A stretch of 64,000 bases of DNA from Macrostomum lignano. Taxonomy: Eukaryota. Of the stretch, positions 61,585 through 64,000 are shown piece after piece (position 1 is the stretch's first letter; each line of letters begins with the position of its first letter). Location: the NCBI GenBank assembly GCA_002269645.1, contig NIVC01000461.1, positions 434,001 to 498,000 of the forward strand, read 5' to 3'. The notes beneath the pieces are model-generated. The model searched no databases. It was not told where the DNA came from and saw nothing but the letters and a program-made list of their open reading frames with translations. The position numbers and the translations under genes were made by a program.

Positions 61585-64000
61585 ACAGAGGAACCAGAGT
61601 GATGGGGCCGCAGCATTACACAGAGGAGCCAGAGTGATGGGGCCGCAGCATTACACAGAGGAGCCAGAGTGATGGGGCTGCAGCATCACACAGAGGAGCC
61701 AGAGTGATGGGGCTGCAGCATTACACAGAGGAGCCAGAGTGATGGGGCTGCAGCATCACACAGAGGAGCCAGAGTGATGGGGCTGCAGCATCACACAAAG
61801 GAGCCAGAGTGATGGGACTGCAGCATTACACAGAGGAGCCAGAGTGATGGGGCTGCAGCATCACACAGAGGAGCTAGAGTGATGAGGCTGCAGCATCACA
61901 CAAAGGAGCCAGAGAGATGGGGCTGCAGCATCACACAGAGGAGCTAGAGTGATGGGGCTGCAGCATCACACAGAAGAGCCAGAGTGATGGCGCTGCAGCA
62001 TCACACAGAGGAGCCAGAGTGATGGGGCTGCAGCATCACACAGAGGAGCCAGAGTGATGGGGCTGCAGCATCACACAGAGGAGCCAGAGTGATGGGGCTG
62101 CAGCATCACACAGAGGAGCCAGTGATGGGGCTGCAGCATCACACAGAGGAGCTAGAGTGATGAGGCTGCAGCAGAGGAGCCAGAGTGATGAGGCTGCAGC
62201 AGAGGAGCCAGAGTGATGAGGCTGCAGCATCACACAGAGGAGCCAGAGTGATGGGGCTGCAGCATTACACAGAGGAGCCAGAGTGATGAGGCTGCAGCAT
62301 CACACAGAGGAGCCAGAGTGATGGGGCTGCAGCATCACACAGAGGAGCCAGTGATGGGGCTGCAGCATCACACAGAGGAGCTAGAGTGATGAGGCTGCAG
62401 CAGAGGAGCCAGAGTGATGAGGCTGCAGCAGAGGAGCCAGAGTGATGAGGCTGCAGCATCACACAGAGGAGCCAGAGTGATGGGGCTGCAGCATTACACA
62501 GAGGAGCCAGAGTGATGAGGCTGCAGCATCACACAGAGGAGCCAGAGTGATGGGGCTGCAGCATCACACAGAGGAGCCAGAGTGATGGGGCTGCAGCATC
62601 ACACAGAGGAGCCAGAGTGATGGGGCTGCAGCATTACACAGAGGAGCCAGAGTGATGGGGCTGCAGCATCACACAGAGGAGCCAGAGTAATGGGGCTGCA
62701 GCATTACACAGAGGAGCCAGAGTGATGGGGCTGCAGCATTACACAGAGGAGCCAGAGTGATGGGGCTGCAGCATTACACATAGGAGTCAGAGTGATGGGG
62801 CTGCAGCATCACACAGAGGAGCCAGAGTGATGAGGCTGCAGCATCACACAGAGGAGCCAGAGTGATGGGGCTGCAGCATCACACAGAGGAGCTAGAGTGA
62901 TGAGGCTGCAGCAGAGGAGCCAGAGTGATGGGGCTGCAGCATCACACAGAGGAGCCAGAGTGATGGGGCTGCAGCATCACACAGAGGAGCCAGAGTGATG
63001 GGGCTGCAGCATCACACAGAGGAGCCAGTGATGGGGCTGCAGCATCACACAGAGGAGCCAGAGTGATGGGGCTGCAGCATCACACAGAGGAGCCAGAGTG
63101 ATGGGGCTGCAGCATCACACAGAGGAGCCAGAGTAATGGGGCTGCAGCATCACACAGAGGAGCCAGAGTGATGGGGCTGCAGCATTACACAGAGGAGCCA
63201 GAGTGATGGGGCTGCAGCATCACACAGAGGAGCCAGAGTGATGGGGCTGCAGCATCACACACAGAGGAGCCAGAGTGATGGGGCTGCAGCATTACACAGA
63301 GCCAGAGTGATGGGGCTGCAGCATCACACAGAGGAGCCAGAGTGATGGGGCTGCAGCATCACACAAAGGAGCCAGAGTGATGGGACTGCAGCATTACACA
63401 GAGGAGCCAGAGTGATGGGGCTGCAGCATCACACAGAGGAGCTAGAGTGATGGGGCTGCAGCATCACACAAAGGAGCCAGAGTGATGGGGCTGCAGCATC
63501 ACACAGAGGAGCTAGAGTGATGGGGCTGCAGCATCACACAGAAGAGCCAGAGTGATGGCGCTGCAGCACACAGAGGAGCCAGAGTGATGGGGCTGCAGCA
63601 TCACACAGAGGAGCCAGAGTAATGGGGCTGCAGCATCACACAGAGGAGCCAGAGTGATGGGGCTGCAGCATCACACAGAGGAGCCAGAGTGATGGGGCCG
63701 CAGCATCACACAGAGGAGCCAGAGTGATGGGGCTGCAGCATCACACAGAGGAGCCAGAGTGATGGGGCTGCAGCATCACACAGAGGAGCCAGAGTAATGG
63801 GGCTGCAGCATCACACAGAGGAGCCAGAGTGATGGGGCTGCAGCATTACACAGAGGAGCCAGAGTGATGGGGCTGCAGCATTACACAGAGGAGCCAGAGT
63901 GATGGGGCTGCAGCATCACACACAGAGGAGCCAGAGTGATGGGGCTGCAGCATTACACAGAGCCAGAGTGATGGGGCTGCAGCATCACACAGAGGAGCCA
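61585..64000. repeat. Minisatellite, 35-bp unit GAGCCAGAGTGATGGGGCTGCAGCATCACACAGAG, PSMD3 last intron (runs off the window)
   Basis: Direct inspection. Confidence 0.95.

Noticed and set aside
61585-64000. CRISPR-like appearance (35-bp partially palindromic repeats)
   Set aside because: The units are directly adjacent with no unique spacers, there are no cas genes, and the context is a eukaryotic intron.
1-64000. tRNA, rRNA or snRNA genes
   Set aside because: No cloverleaf, rRNA or Sm-site signatures were recognised by eye; a covariance-model scan would be needed to exclude them fully.

Overview
This is animal (invertebrate) genomic DNA with spliceosomal GT-AG introns and an extremely high density of minisatellites. 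That architecture is reminiscent of free-living flatworm genomes such as Macrostomum, but the species is my inference only. Six protein-coding genes can be reconstructed by hand: (1) an R-Ras/TC21-like GTPase (+, first exon not in window, ends in CaaX CSLL); (2) a KSR scaffold pseudokinase (+, 4 exons); (3) a complete 16-exon cGMP-dependent protein kinase (-, 722 aa); (4) a 5-exon Cdc1/MPPE1-family metallophosphoesterase (-, 391 aa); (5) a LOTUS + extended-Tudor germ-granule gene of TDRD5/Tejas type (-), whose frame is broken at an ATGA stop/start overlap; (6) the last exon of proteasome subunit PSMD3/Rpn3 (-). Mobile DNA comprises a decayed BEL/Pao pol fragment, one full-length dead mariner (DD34D), two long-TIR mariner-type non-autonomous elements, a foldback element, a MITE family present twice, and probable Helentron-associated (DINE-1/HINE-like) elements. 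About 30 tandem arrays are present, mostly with different units. The most notable points are: almost every intron over ~500 bp is a small intron inflated by its own array; one array is built from the exon/5' splice-site junction and carries 10 extra perfect donor sites; and the LOTUS-Tudor gene is split. Most long ORFs in the supplied track are artefacts of these arrays. All coordinates were read by eye; array edges are approximate.
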